Positions 1-12,665 of a stretch of DNA of 64,000 nucleotides are shown here, piece after piece. Position 1 is the stretch's first letter. Every line of letters starts with the position of its first letter. Origin of the DNA: Mobula hypostoma (Eukaryota); assembly GCF_963921235.1 (NCBI RefSeq), contig NC_086097.1, positions 80,540,001 through 80,604,000 on the forward strand, in the 5' to 3' direction. The notes under the pieces were generated by a model that ran no database searches, was not told the DNA's origin, and saw only the letters and a list, made by a program, of their open reading frames with translations. The translations under genes were made by a program, and so were the position numbers.

Positions 1-470
1 ATGCAATTTCCTGCAAGCATACTCAGCAAATCGATTGAATAGTGACTACAACGGGATCAATGATAGATCAACTGGAGTGCACAAGACAAATCGTGCAAAT
101 GCAAACCAACAGTAATAAATAATGAGAAAATGAGATAGCAAGATATAGAGTCCTTAAAGTGAGATTATCGGTGGGAGAACATTTCATTGGATGAGCAAGT
201 GAATGTAGTTATCCCCTTTGTTCAAGATCCTGATGGTTGTGGGGTTGTAACTGTTCTTGAACTTGATGTGTGAGTCCTGAGGCTCTTGTTCCTTCTACCC
301 GATGGCAGCAGTGAGAAAAGAGCCTGGCTTGGGTAGTGGGGATCTCTGGTGATGGATGCTCCTTTCCTATGACAGCATTTCATGTAGATGTGCTCAATGG
401 TTGAGAGGCTTCACCCCTGATATAGTGGACTGAATCCACTGCCTTTTGTAGAATCTTCCGATCAAAGACT
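1..470 (-). mobile_element. Rex1/Babar-like LINE 3' fragment (degenerate)
   Basis: Reverse complement resembles the ORF end/3' UTR of the Rex1-like copies at 620-1920, 27335-28105 and 51745-52392; boundaries approximate. Confidence 0.55.
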
Positions 471-504
471 GTTAGAGCTGTTGCCACAGAGTACTGTAGA
501 ACTG

Positions 505-618
505 GACTTATTCCTGACCTCGAGTGCTGCCTCTGTAGAGATTACGCATTTTCCCTGCGACCGCATGGATTTCCCTGGGTGCTCCAGCTTCCTTCCACAT
601 CCCAAAGACATGCATATG
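505..618 (+). mobile_element. V-SINE (HE1-like) central-domain fragment
   Basis: gaccgcatggatttccctgggtgctccagcttccttccacatcccaaagacatgc resembles the V-domain of vertebrate V-SINEs (recalled, not searched). Confidence 0.55.
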
Positions 619-619
619 T

Positions 620-1920
620 TCAGAGTCAGCAACCTTCAATTCCTCAGTGTTATCATTTCAGAGGATTTGACCTGGGATCAGCATATAACTGCCAGTTTGA
701 AGAAAACGTGGCAGCACCTCTATTTTCTTAGACATTTACAAAGATTTGGCATGTCACTTAAAACATTGACAAACTTCTGTGGATGTGTGGTGGAGAGTAT
801 ATTGACTGGTTGCATCATGAGATGGGCTGATATGAAAACACCAATGGCTTTGTACAGAAAAGCATACAAAGAGTAATGGATATGTCCCAGTCCTTCACTG
901 GTAAAGCACTATGCATGTATATCTACACAGAGCATTGTCACAGGAAAGCAGCATCCATCATCAAGGACCCCCCAGGCCATGCTCTCATCAGGAAGAAGGT
1001 ACAGGAGCACTTAGGACCTGCACCAGCAGGTCAGTAACAGTTATTACCCCTCAACCATCAGGCTCCTGAACCAGAGGGAGTAACATCACTCAGCTTCACT
1101 CATCCCATCACTGAAATGGACTCATTGTCAAGGACTCTTCATCTCATGTTCGTGATATTTATTGCTTATTTATTATTATTATTATTACTTCTTTATTTCC
1201 TCTTTCTTTTTGTATTTGAACAGTTTGTTGTTTCTTTTTCCACATTGGATGCTGTCTGTTGGGAACAGTCTTTCATTGACTCTATTGTGTTTCGTGTATT
1301 TACGGTGATTGCCGCAGGAAAAGGAATCTCAGCACTGTATATGGTGATATTTATGTACAGCGCAGTGCAAAATTCTCAGCATATGCCTAAGATTTTTGCA
1401 GAGTACTGTATTTTTCAATGTGGAACGGAAGGAGAGTTTGTAAATCTGCTGGGAGCAAAGGATGTTGGGAATGGCGGAGGTGGGGCCACGGGAGGGGTGT
1501 GGAACAGGTGGCAGAGAAGGAGTGTCGGGGGGGTGTGCTGTGGTGGGTTGGCACGGGTGCAAACACACTCAGTTCTGAGACTCCAGGCAAGGTAAATTGA
1601 TTCCAAACAATTAGTTTATTGATCATCACAGAATGCCTTTCTGGTGCTTCCTGCTACCCCACTTCTCCCTTCCCCTTTTCTCAACCATGATTGCCCTCTC
1701 TTCGCCCCCTTCCCACTCTCAGTCTACAATAGAGACCCACATTAGAGTCAGGTTTATCATCACTCACATATGTCATGAAACTTGTTTTTTTTTCTTGCAG
1801 CAGCTGTACAGTGCAATACATAGAATTACTATAGTACTGTGCAAAAGTTAGGCTCCCTTATATGTACTAAGACTTCTGCACAGTATTCGACTTTGATAAT
1901 AAATTTATTTGGAACTTTGA
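620..1920 (+). mobile_element. Rex1/Babar-like LINE 3' end (RT C-terminus + 3' UTR), interrupted at ~1357 by a MITE composite
   Basis: Translation FLSVIISEDLTWDQHI...KKTWQHLYFLRHLQRFG...VESILTGCI; 3' tail resumes at ~1889 (ctttgataataaatttatttggaactttga). Confidence 0.75.
1358..1888. mobile_element. Composite bounded by two ~55-bp TIR-TIR mini-palindromes of the Tc1-type MITE family seen at 62374-62876
   Basis: 1358-1408 and 1832-1888 each resemble cagtactgtgcaaaagtcttagg...cctaagacttttgcacagtactg; TA at 1356-1357. Confidence 0.55.
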
Positions 1921-1937
1921 AATGAAGCTTTGACACA

Positions 1938-2205
1938 GGAACAGAATTAGGCCAGGCACCCATCAAGTCTGCTCCACCATTCCTTCATGGCTGATTTATT
2001 ATCCCTCTCAGCCCTATTCTTCTACCTTCTCTCCATAACATTTGTCATTCTTACTACTCAAGAATCAATCAACCTCTACTTTAAATATATCCAATGACTT
2101 GGCTTCCACATCTGCCTGCTGCAATGAATTCCACAGATTCACCTCCTTCTGGCTAAAGATGTTCCTCCACTTCTCTATTCTAAAGGAACGTCTTTGGATT
2201 CAGAG
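1938..2205 (-). mobile_element. CR1 LINE 3' end fragment
   Basis: Similar to CR1 3' ends at 44005-44330 and 56110-56285. Confidence 0.65.
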
Positions 2206-2296
2206 GCTGATTCCTATTTACATCATACTTTTGATAGCAATGGGGGGGGGGGGCAGAGGAGCCAAGTCGCACTGAATATTTCTGTAAATACCAGTT

Positions 2297-4170
2297 ACAG
2301 AACATAGAAAAGTACAGCACTGTGCCAAACCAGCTAAAAAGCAAATCAAAAATACCCAAACATTAATCCCTCCTACCTGCACTATGTCCATATCCCTCCA
2401 TCTTCCTCACATTTATGTGCCTATCCAAATGACTCTGAAAAGCCCCTCAAGCACTTGCCTCTCCCACTGTACCAAGCAATTCATTCCAGGCATCCACAAC
2501 ACTGAGGAAAAAAACTTCCCCCTCACATCTCCCTTACTCCTTTTCACCTTTAACGCATGCCCTTTGGTATTAGACATTACAACCTTGGGAAACAGATATT
2601 CTCGGTCCATTCTATCTATGCCTCTCATAATCTTGTAAACCTCTATTAGATCTCCTCTCAGCCTCCAACGCTCGAGAGAAAACTGCCCAAGTTTATCCAA
2701 CCTGTCATGATAGCGCATCCCCTCTAAACAAGGCGGTGTCCTGGTGAAGCTCTTCTGCACCCTCTCTAAAGCCTATACATCTTTCCTATAATGGGGTGAC
2801 CAGAACTGTAGGCAATACTCCAGATGTGGCCTAACCAAAGTTTTATAAAGTTGCAACATAAACCCCTGACTTCTGAACTCAATGCCTCAACTAATAAAGC
2901 AAGCTTTCCAAAAGCCTTCTTGACCACCTTATCAACCTGTGTAGCCACTTTCAAGGAGCTATGAACATGGATCTCAAGATCTCTCTGCCCAGCAACACTG
3001 TTAAGGATCTTGCCTTTAACATACTTGATATCTCCTTGCATTTTCCATACTGAGGGGGAACACCTCGCATTTATCTGGGTTAAACTCCATCTGCCATTTC
3101 TCAGCCAATATCTGCAACTAATCTATATAGTGCTCTATTCTTTGCCAATCTGCTTCATTATCCACAACACCTCCAATCATGGTATCATTCGCAAATTTAC
3201 CAACCCACCCATCCACATTTTCATTCAGGTCATTTATATACATCCCAGCACAGATCCCTGTGGAATTCCGCTCGTTACAGACCTCCAGCTCGAATCTCCC
3301 TTCAGCCACCATCTATGCGCAAACCAGTTCGGAATCCAAACAGCCAATTTGCCAGAGACTCTATGCTTCTTAATCTTCTGGATTACTCTCCATGAGGGAC
3401 TTTATCAAACGTCTTACTAAAATCTATGTCGACAACATCCACTGCCATACCCTCTTGTCACATTGTTAAATATCTCAATCAAGTTGGTAAGGCATGACCT
3501 GCTGAGCACGAAGCAATGCTGGCTCTCCCTAATTAGGCCATGGGTTTCTAAATACTCATATATCCTAACTCTAAGAATTTTCTCCAGCAATTTCACTGCA
3601 AAATGACATGAGACTCACCGGTCTATTATTCCCAGGATTTTCTCTTGATCCCTTCTTAAATAAGGGTACACATTAGCCACCTGTCAGTCCTCCGCAACGT
3701 CACCTGTGGCTAGAGAAGACATGAAGATATTGATCAAGGCCCCAGAAATCTTGTCTCTTGCCTCCTTCAATAACCTGGGGTAAATCCCATCAGGCTCTGG
3801 GACCTATCCACCTTAATACTCATCAGGAAGCCCAACACTTCCTTCTCCTGGACCTCTAAATACCCTAACATATTTCTACACTCAGCACTGATCTGGTCCT
3901 CCATATCCTTTTCCTCGGTAAATACTGAAGCAAAGTACTCACAAAGTATCTCACTCACGTTTTCTGCATCCAAGCAAAAGTCACCCCCTTTATCTTGACT
4001 GGTCCCACCATCTCCCTAGTTATCCTCTTTCTCCTGATGTACAGCATGTATAGATGCCTTGGGATTGCCAAGGACTTCTCATGGCCCCTCCTGGCTTTCC
4101 AAATTCCCTTCTTTAGATCTTTTCTGGCTTCTTTATACTCCTCATGTGTTTGATTTGATCCTGACATGCC
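2297..4170 (-). mobile_element. CR1 LINE ORF2 (degenerate, internally deleted)
   Basis: Minus-strand ORF pieces FSLERWRLRGDLIEVYKIMRGIDR, VGKFANDTMIGGVVD, EYFASVFTEE. Confidence 0.9.
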
Positions 4171-5189
4171 AGGCTTTCCTCCTGAGACAGCAAAAATGAT
4201 CTTTGACTAGTAAGAACACAGATCTTTGACATTCAGTGTTTTGGCAGCTGTTGGCGCTTGTCACCGACAACATTGACATATTTTAGATATGTTTTTTTTT
4301 GTTTCTTCCTTTGTTCATAGATCTGTTTGCTCCAAATGAACGTCCCATTTCTAGAACTGCACTAACACCACTTGGGTTCTACAGTGAGAATAACACGAGT
4401 TGAAGTTTATTACGTCGTGCTTGAGTTCCATGTCTTTCCTTATGAAGCTGAAATTACTGAAATGAGGAATTTGTTGTCAGGAGATTAATGGATATAAAAA
4501 TATGATCATTCCAGTTTTGTACAGTAACCCAAGGGTCCAATAACCACAGAAGTATATTGCTGGGATGAACTTATTTTAAGGGATGTATCTGAGATTTTAT
4601 TTGCATATTCTGCATTCTTTAAATTCCAAAACTTTCTGACCAGTAAAATAAAACCCAGTAATGGCCCATTTTGGACCAATAAATACTGTGGGGTGAATTG
4701 CCGTTATGGTTTCCCTAGTAAAAGTCTAATCAACACATAGGTAGTAATTCCAAAGTGTGGTAACTGTAAGGAGATCTCATACCAATGGGATATGCAATAT
4801 GTACAGTGCCTATAAAAAGTATTCAACCACTCAAGGAAGTGTTCGTGTTTTATTGCTTTACAACATTGAATCATAGTAGATTTAATCTGTCTTTTTTGTC
4901 ACTGATCAATAGGAAAGACTCTCAGAAACAGAAAAACAGATATCTACGAAGTGATCTAAGTTAATTGCAAATATAAAACACAAAATAGTTGATGGCACCC
5001 TCTTTAATATGACACACCAAATCATCACTGGTGCAGCCAATTGGTTTAGAAGTCACATAATGAGTTAAATGGAGATCTGTTTTTGAAGATCTGTGTGCTG
5101 TCAAGGTGCTTCAACTGATTGTAGTAAAATACACCTGTATCTGGAAGGTCCAACTGCTGGTGAGTCAGTATTCTGGCAAAAACTACACT

Positions 5190-6157
5190 ATGAAGGCAAA
5201 AAACACTTTAAGCAACTCCAGGAAAAGGTTATTGAAATGCACCAGTCAGGAGATGGATACAAGAAACTTTCCAAGGTGCTGAATACCCCTTGGAGTACAG
5301 TTAAGTCAATTGTTAAGAAATAGAAAGAATATGGCACAGCTGTAAATCTGCCTACAGCAGGCTATCCTCAAAAACTGAGTGACCATGCAAGAAGGAGACT
5401 GGTGAGGGAGGCCACCAAGAGACCTATGACAACTCTGGAGGAGTTAGAAGCTTCAGTGGCTGAGATGGGAGAGACTGTACATACAATAACTGTTGCCCGG
5501 GTGCTTCACCAATTGCAGGTTTATGGGAGAGTGGCAAAGAGAAAGCCACTGTTGAAAAAGCTCAAATGAGTTAGAGTTTCCCAGAAGCATGCGGGAGACT
5601 CTGAAGTCAGCTGAAAGAAGGTTCTATGGCCTGATGAAACCAAAATTGAGATTTTTAACCGTCAACTAATTGCTATGCACATCATCAAAAACACACCATC
5701 CCTACTGTGAAGCATGTTGGTGGCTGCATCATACTATGGGGATATTTCACTGCAGCAGGCCCTGGAAGGCTTGTGAAGGTAGAGGGTAAAATGAATGCAG
5801 CAAAATACAGGGAAATCCTGGAGGAAAACCTGATGCAGTCTGCAAGAGAAACTGTGACTTGGGAGAAGATTTGTTTTCCAGCAAGACCATGATCCCAAGC
5901 ATAAAGTGAAGGCTACACAGGAATGGCTTAAAAACAACAAAGTTAATGTCCTAGAGTGGCCAAGTCAGAGTCCAGATCTCAATTTAATTGAGAATTTGTG
6001 GCTGGACTTGAAAAGGGCAGTTCACTCACAATCCCCACGCAATCTGACAGAGTTTGAGCCATTTTGTAAAGAAGAATGGGAGAAAATTGCAGTATCCAGA
6101 TGTGCAAAGCTGATAGAGACATATCCACATATCAAGGCTGTAATTGCTGCCTACTAA
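5190..6157 (+). pseudogene. Tc1 transposase pseudogene
   Basis: ATG at 5190; HTH and catalytic motifs spread over several frames with stops and frameshifts. Confidence 0.88.
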
Positions 6158-6270
6158 ATATTAACTTGAAGGGGGCAAATTCTTAAGCAATCAATTATTT
6201 TTTATTAGTAATTAACCTAGATCACTTTGTACAGATCTGTTTTCACTTTGATATGAAAGACTCTTTTTCT

Positions 6271-7673
6271 TCAAGGGGCGATGGGGCCTACCTTCTCTGA
6301 GATTATTATTTTGCAGTACAGTTGAGAGCTGTGATATGCTGGTGCAACCCATCATATGGCACTGAATGGAAAAACATTGGAGAGGATACTTTCCATCCCC
6401 ATACAGGCAATTTTGGCTGATAACAACCTATAAAGTTACATAAATACGATTGACAACCCATGGGTGAAATGGACTCTTAAAATATGGAAAACTATTATAA
6501 AAGAGTGAAAACTAGAGGGAGATATTGCAATTCTTAAATGGTGTGCATATGACTCGGATTTTACGCCGAATAAACTAGATGCTAGATTTAAGGACTGGAC
6601 AGCGAAAGGAATAACAGTTCTTTGCAATATAATGAAAGAAGGAACATTGTTCAGTTTTGAGATGCTTAAAGAGAAACTCTTATTAGAAAAACAAGACTTT
6701 TATCGGTATTTACAGATGTGACAGTATGTTAATAGGAGGGTTAAAAATATACTGTAACCAAGGCAAGTACATGTTTGATAGAGCTATTTAGAAAAGCATA
6801 TAATTCAGATAACAGTAGAAGAATCATTTCAAGTGTGTATAAGGGTTTGTCAAATCTTACAACACATTCGACTTCATCCTTTAAAACAAAATGGGAGAAT
6901 GAAGGGGGGATAATTATATCTGAGAAAGAATGGACAATAATATGGAGGTATCAATGGAAGTGTACCAGTTCACAGAAATGGAGGGAGTTCAGATGGAAAA
7001 ACTTGATAAGGTATTTTATTACACCCTCTCAGAAATCCCATTATGATAGTAACATCCCTGTTTGCTGCAGAAATTCTGGAAATCAAAATGCAAACCATTA
7101 TCATATTTTCTGGGAATGCGACGTTATCAAAGACTATTGGAGTGGGATACACAATGCCCTACAAGACATCTTAAATGTGAACTACCCTTAGAAAGTAAGA
7201 CCATATATTTTGGGTATATACCTCAAGAATGGTTGAAAACTGCTGGTGGCTGGTAAAAAGACCCTTACCAGGAAATGGTTATTACAGGACAGCACAACTT
7301 CAAACATGTGGATGGAAATTACAATGGACATTTACAAAATGGAGAAGATAACAGCATCTGTTAATCATTAGCTGGAACAATTTGATTCATACTGGGAAAA
7401 AATGGTTTAACTACATAACACCTCATATGCCTGATTTTATTCTCACAAATCAATGAATATGTTGTAAAAAAAAATCACTCTCTACTTGTGCACAGTTTTC
7501 CCCTTTTGCTTGTTCTTTCTTTCCTCTCTTTTCTATAAGTGTATACCTCAGATAAGTATTATGTGGAGATTTGTGGCAAATATGACTATATGATATATAT
7601 GTACAGTATCTGAAATACATCTCATGGAAATGTTTGTTTGATGATGAACTTCAATAAAAAAAAACAAAAAAAA
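6271..7673 (+). mobile_element. 5'-truncated L1-clade LINE (ORF2 C-terminus, 3' UTR, poly-A)
   Basis: Degenerate Cys/His knuckle CCRNSGNQNANHYHIFWEC; aataaa plus A-rich tail at 7653-7673; flanking direct repeat ctctttttct at 6261-6270 and 7680-7689. Confidence 0.85.
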
Positions 7674-9774
7674 GGAAGTCTCTTTTTCTGTTGATCAGCG
7701 TCAGAAAAGCCAAATTAAATCCATTGTAATTCAATGTTGTAAAACAATAAAACATGAAAACTTCTAAGGGAGGAGGCACTGTATATGGTGAGTAGGGGGA
7801 AATCTAATGGGACAAATCCATTTTACAAATTGACTTAAGACACATTAATTGATCTCATGAAGATTTAATGGTCCATAGCTTCATCAAAAGCAATTTATGA
7901 TATTGTGTGTCAAACACAATTTAAGGCAATCCAATAGGTTAAGAAGGTCTATAGTAAACCCAGCAGGAAGCAGACAGTCTTCAACAACTTAAGTTAATGC
8001 AAAGCCTTCAACATGACAAAATATCTCAAAGCCCTTCACAGGAGCATTAACTATTATACAGAGCCACGGCAAGATAATAGACAAGCAAAGCACGCCCAAG
8101 GATACAAATGCAAACTTGGTCCTGGAACTGAAACACCAATTCCACTTCTTTCCCCACAGCTGCAGTTTTCATTGCTCAATACTTTCTATACTGTCTTCAG
8201 AAGGGCAGCTTCAATATTGAGAAGTTTGGGAAGGAAATGCGGTCAAAATTTAGAGAAAGGTGATCAATCAGCTGTAGTATCAAGATTAAAATTAGGGATG
8301 CACAATAGGGCAGATTGGCTGACTGCAGATCTTGGAGGACAATTTATGTGACTGAACATTGTAAAGGATTTTGTTGGGTGTTTAGGAAGATGGGCAGATA
8401 AGGGAGAACTGCCAATTTATATCAACAATGGTTTTCAATGTTTTGCAAAGATAGGTTTGGAGCATTGCAGAGACATTCTCTTTGGTTCAAATGAAATCGT
8501 TATAGAATTGGTTTCATTAAAGTATTTTATAAAATATGAATCTAAGCACAAGCAAGCTTCAAAAATCATCGAGCACACGAGAAACATGCCATGAAATGTT
8601 TAAGGGAGCAATTGGTTTTAGAATAGCTGTTTTCTTTAAATAACAAGGACCTTCTCTTCATTACAGTCGCTTTGAGTGAGCAGCTATTCAGATACTGTTG
8701 CTTATTCACCTACCATAACCTGGATTTTCCACTAGAGAAAAGAAATTTTAAAAAAAACTACATTTTAATGGCTGCATCAGAATATTATTGAGATGAACCT
8801 TACAAGCATAGTGTAGAGTTTAATTAATGGCTTAAAAAATTTCCGTTACAAAATATTGAGCGCGCTTTCTGCTTTAATGAAAAAATGGCAGTAATCTTAA
8901 TTCAGAATCACTTGAAAATAAATGCTTTCTTTTATCCCCAAGCAGAAATGAAATGACAAAATTCCAGTTCCTGAAATTAAGTGAGAATTTTGAAAAAAGA
9001 TGTAGATATTGCTAAATGAAAGATTTTCTCTCAATGCACACTCCTGGTTTTTTTATTAGCAAAGATGTTGGTTTAAAGTGTTCGCATTGTAGGCAGCAAA
9101 AGCTGATAAGCGAGACATGTAAGAACATTGTGTCACTTAATACAAGATTTTTGCCATTTAGCAGTAAGGATTAAGTGCAGGTATTGCTTTAATTAATTGC
9201 ATGACTCTATGCCAGCATCAGGTCTGCTTTGGCACTGCGTCCTGAAAATCAGCCTCTGACCTTGGTCCTGAATTGTTGCCTCTTTTAACAACATTTTCTT
9301 TGTAAGTCATTTTCAGGAAAGAAAATGTTCAACAGACTTTTCTACATTTCTTTTATGACTGAGTTACTGAAGAATACATAAATTAGCAAGGGCCATGTCT
9401 CTCCTCAAGCAAACTCTACGGTTCACTGAGAAGACTTATCATGCATCTTATTCAATTTGGCATCAGATCCCCAGATTCTCAATGATTGAGAATCCACAGC
9501 TTAGAGGACAGAAATTCCCAAGGATTTACAATTCAATGTGGAAAGAAGCCTCTCTACATTTGTTCTAAATGACTAATTCATTATCCCGTGACCAGATTTC
9601 TCAATTCTAAACTCTCCATCAGGAGGAAAATCTATCTCTCTTCCAGTTAGTCTTGTTATTTTCTCTGTGAGGTTACCTTACATTCGCCCAGATTCTGGTC
9701 AACATGTCCAAACTGAAGCCTACTTTGGAAGACCAAATTAGAGTCAGATTTATTATCACTGACTTAAATAACAT

Positions 9775-9918
9775 CAGTTCAGCCCTGATGAAGGGTCTCG
9801 GTCCAAAACATTGACTGTTAACTCTGTTCTATAGATGCTACTTGGCCTGCTGAGTTCCTCCAGCATCTTTTGTTTGTTGCTCGGATTTCCAGCATCTGCA
9901 GATTTTCTCATGTTTGTG
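9775..9918 (+). mobile_element. Penelope-like 3' terminus fragment with degenerate hammerhead
   Basis: ccctgatgaagggtctcggtccaaaacattgactg...cagcatctgcagattttctc homologous to 15790-15922. Confidence 0.8.
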
Positions 9919-10000
9919 TAGCATGAAATTTGTTCTTTTTTTGCTGCAGCAGTACAGTACAACGTCATAAAATTACTATAAATTCCAAAATAAGCAACTA

Positions 10001-10830
10001 CAGTGGATTCTGGTTAATTGGGTTATTGTTTAATCGGGGCAGCTGCTTATTTGGGACAACTCTTAATGAACAAAAACCTATTGAGAAAATAGCGGAGATT
10101 CCCTTTAATTATTTGGGACACTATGCTGCTTAATTGGGACAGGAGACAGTTGCCAAACAGTTTGTAACTAGTGTTAGTCATATGCACTTGCGCGGCCATT
10201 AGGCGCCACACCATGCTTAGAGTGAACAGTTTTTAAATAGCATCAGTAACATATGTTGGTGTTCAAAAAACATTGATTATTGTTACTATTAGTTGGCAAG
10301 TAGTAAGGAGTAAGACAATTCAGAACCGCTTCACTCACTACAGTTTCAAGCATTCAGGCTTGGAGAAGCCAGAAGTTGCCAGGAGTGAAACTGAAATTAT
10401 TTCGCTACTTTAACAAGTTAAGAACAATGATGAATTTGAAGGTATTGACAATCACTGTTAGAATGAAACTTAAAATTTAGAGGATGCAATTGTTGAAAGC
10501 ATTATATGAAGGTAGTCCTTTATTTACACTAGGTGTCTACACTGATTTTGTTCGTTTATAGTTAATCAGAAGAACATAGCAGTATACACCAGATGAATTC
10601 CTCCGTCCATAACTATTAGGAGCTAATACACAGTCTTATGGTGCTGTAGTAATATTGGTAGTGTTCTTATTTGTTCTGTATTTCATTTACATATATAATT
10701 TGTTACTCAGTTAAATGATAGTTTGTCTTTTTTTTAAACTTTGTTAACTGTTTCCATGAAACGTCTGCTAATCTGGGTAGCCACGTAATTGGGCCAAAAT
10801 GTACCTGTCCCAAGTAACTGGAATCCTCTG
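10001..10830. mobile_element. Non-autonomous Tigger/pogo-like DNA transposon
   Basis: TA|cagtggattctggttaattggg ... cccaagtaactggaatcctctg (22-bp TIR, ~4 mismatches); no ORF. Confidence 0.7.
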
Positions 10831-10859
10831 CAGTGCAAAACAAAGGGAATAACAAAATA

Positions 10860-11240
10860 TTACAGCACAGTACAGGCCCTTTGAAACATGCTGATCTTTT
10901 AATTAAATCAATTTAACCCTTTCATCCTACATAGCCCTCATTTTTCTATCATCCATGTGCCTATCTGAGAGTTTCTTAAGTGCCCCTAATGTAGCTGCCT
11001 CTACCACCACCCATATTAGGGCATCCCATGCATCCACCATTCTGTGTAAATAACTTGCCTCTGATATCCCCCTCCGTACTTTGCTGCAATCACCTTAAAA
11101 TTAAGCCCCTTTGTATTAGCCATTTCTGCCCTTGGAAAAAGTCTCTGGCTGTCTACTTAATCTATCCTCTTATTATCATGTACACTTCTATCATGTCACC
11201 TCTCACCCTCATTTGCTCCAAAGAGAAAAGCCCTAGCTTG
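10860..11240 (-). mobile_element. CR1 LINE 3' part (continues at 19847 after the Gypsy insertion)
   Basis: CR1 3'-end similarity; gaaaagccctagcttg joins ccaacctgtcctc across the LTR element. Confidence 0.85.
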
Positions 11241-11406
11241 TGTAGTGGTAGTTAATAATGTTAATCCTATGTCACTCAATTAGCCACCCCCACATGGGAG
11301 GAGTTCACATTCTGTACAAGCAGAGTTATCAATAAAGTTCAGTTAAATATCCTGCATGCTGGCTTATTGGTGTGCTCTGCACTATACCTCTATATCAAAC
11401 ACATTG
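11241..11406 (+). repeat. 5' LTR of Mag-like Gypsy
   Basis: Direct repeat of 19682-19846, roughly 15-20% diverged by eye; contains aataaa. Confidence 0.9.
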
Positions 11407-11421
11407 TGGTGTCAGATGTGG
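11407..11421 (+). promoter_or_regulatory. Primer-binding site, tRNA-Leu type
   Basis: tggtgtcagatgtgg directly after the LTR, close to the tRNA-Leu complement tggtgtcagaagtgg. Confidence 0.75.
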
Positions 11422-12332
11422 TTCAGCGTCAATGAATTGGTGCTACAGACCAAGTGAGATCCCCAACAAGAAATATACAATAAGACTGTTGTTTGTATAT
11501 ATCTATAAAAATATTCAAAGAATTATCAACCTAAATGGCCTAAGCTAGTTTGCTAACAGTATGCACTGCATAAGCTGAGAGCTGGCTAGGGTTGCTGGGC
11601 AACACTTCTGAGCTGCACCCAATAGTGGATACATTGTAATAATCTGTGGGCCACTAGCGTGGGGAAGTGCACAGAGACAGAAGCAGCAAGGAAGTTAGAG
11701 AAGTCAGTCAAACTCTCAGGGAGAGAGTTCACTTTTGTAGTCCAGGTAAATAAAATAATAAATAAACAGCCAGGAAAATGGAGCAAATACCTACAGTACC
11801 TAATAAAGCCTCCTGAGACATTTGGTTTCTCTGAACCAGGGGACTTAGAGAGATTTAGGGTTGCAAGTAATCTCAGTCAGTCTTCAGAAGAGCATCAAAT
11901 AAGCACACTGATAAATTGCATGGAGGACAAAGCAGATGACATCATGGATGGATTAGCACTGACAGATGCTCAGAAGATGTACAAAGCAGTGCAGGTCAAA
12001 TTCAAAGAATATTTTACAGGAAAACAAAATGTGATATATGAAAACAGGAGCCAGATGAAAATACAAATGACTTCATCACAGCATTGTATGCCCTGCCAGA
12101 CAATGGTGCATATGGAAATGTGAGAGATGAATTCATTAGAGACAGGGTTGTTGTTGAGTTACTAGACACCAAATTATCAGAAAGACTTCAGTTACAGGCA
12201 AATATCACTCTAGAGAAGGCAGAGTGAGAATGTTCACCAGCAACAGGCATGAAAGTGATGCTGAGGTAAAGCTACACACATCAAAGTTGCTGGTGAACGC
12301 AGCAGGCCAGGCAGCATCTGTAGGAAGAGGTG

Positions 12333-12370
12333 CAGTCGACGTTTCAGGCCGAGACCCTTCGTCAGGACTA
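12333..12370 (-). ncRNA. Minimal type I hammerhead ribozyme
   Basis: Minus strand tagtc-CTGACGA-agg gtctcgg cct-GAAA-c-GTC-gactg: intact core, helix I and helix II pairing. Confidence 0.85.
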
Positions 12371-12665
12371 ACTGAAGGAAGAATGAGTAAGGGATTTGAA
12401 AGTTGGAGGGGGAGGGGGAGATCCAAAATGATAGGAGAAGACAGGAGGGGGAGGGATAGAGCCAAGAGCTGGACAGGTGATAGGCAAAAGGGGATACGAG
12501 AGGATCATGGGACAGGAGGTCCGGGAAGAAAGACAAGGGGCGGGGGGAACCCAGAGGATGGGCAAGGGGTATATTCAGAGGGACAGAGGGAGAAAAAGGA
12601 GAGTGAGAGAAAGAATGTGTGCATAAAAATAAGTAACAGATGGGGTACGAGGGGGAGGTGGGGCA

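Larger units (their letters stand above)
4804..7781 (+). mobile_element. Tc1-family DNA transposon, decayed, with L1 insertion in right TIR
   Basis: TA|cagtgcct...aggcactg|TA ends; >100-bp imperfect TIRs; transposase fragments [53 protein letters not shown]. Confidence 0.92.

Noticed and set aside
1116..1595. 159-aa ORF with hydrophobic N-terminus
   Set aside because: Produced by (tta)n/T-rich LINE 3' UTR and MITE sequence
8013..8351. 112-aa plus-strand ORF
   Set aside because: No motif; the sequence looks like decayed repeat or antisense CR1-like DNA
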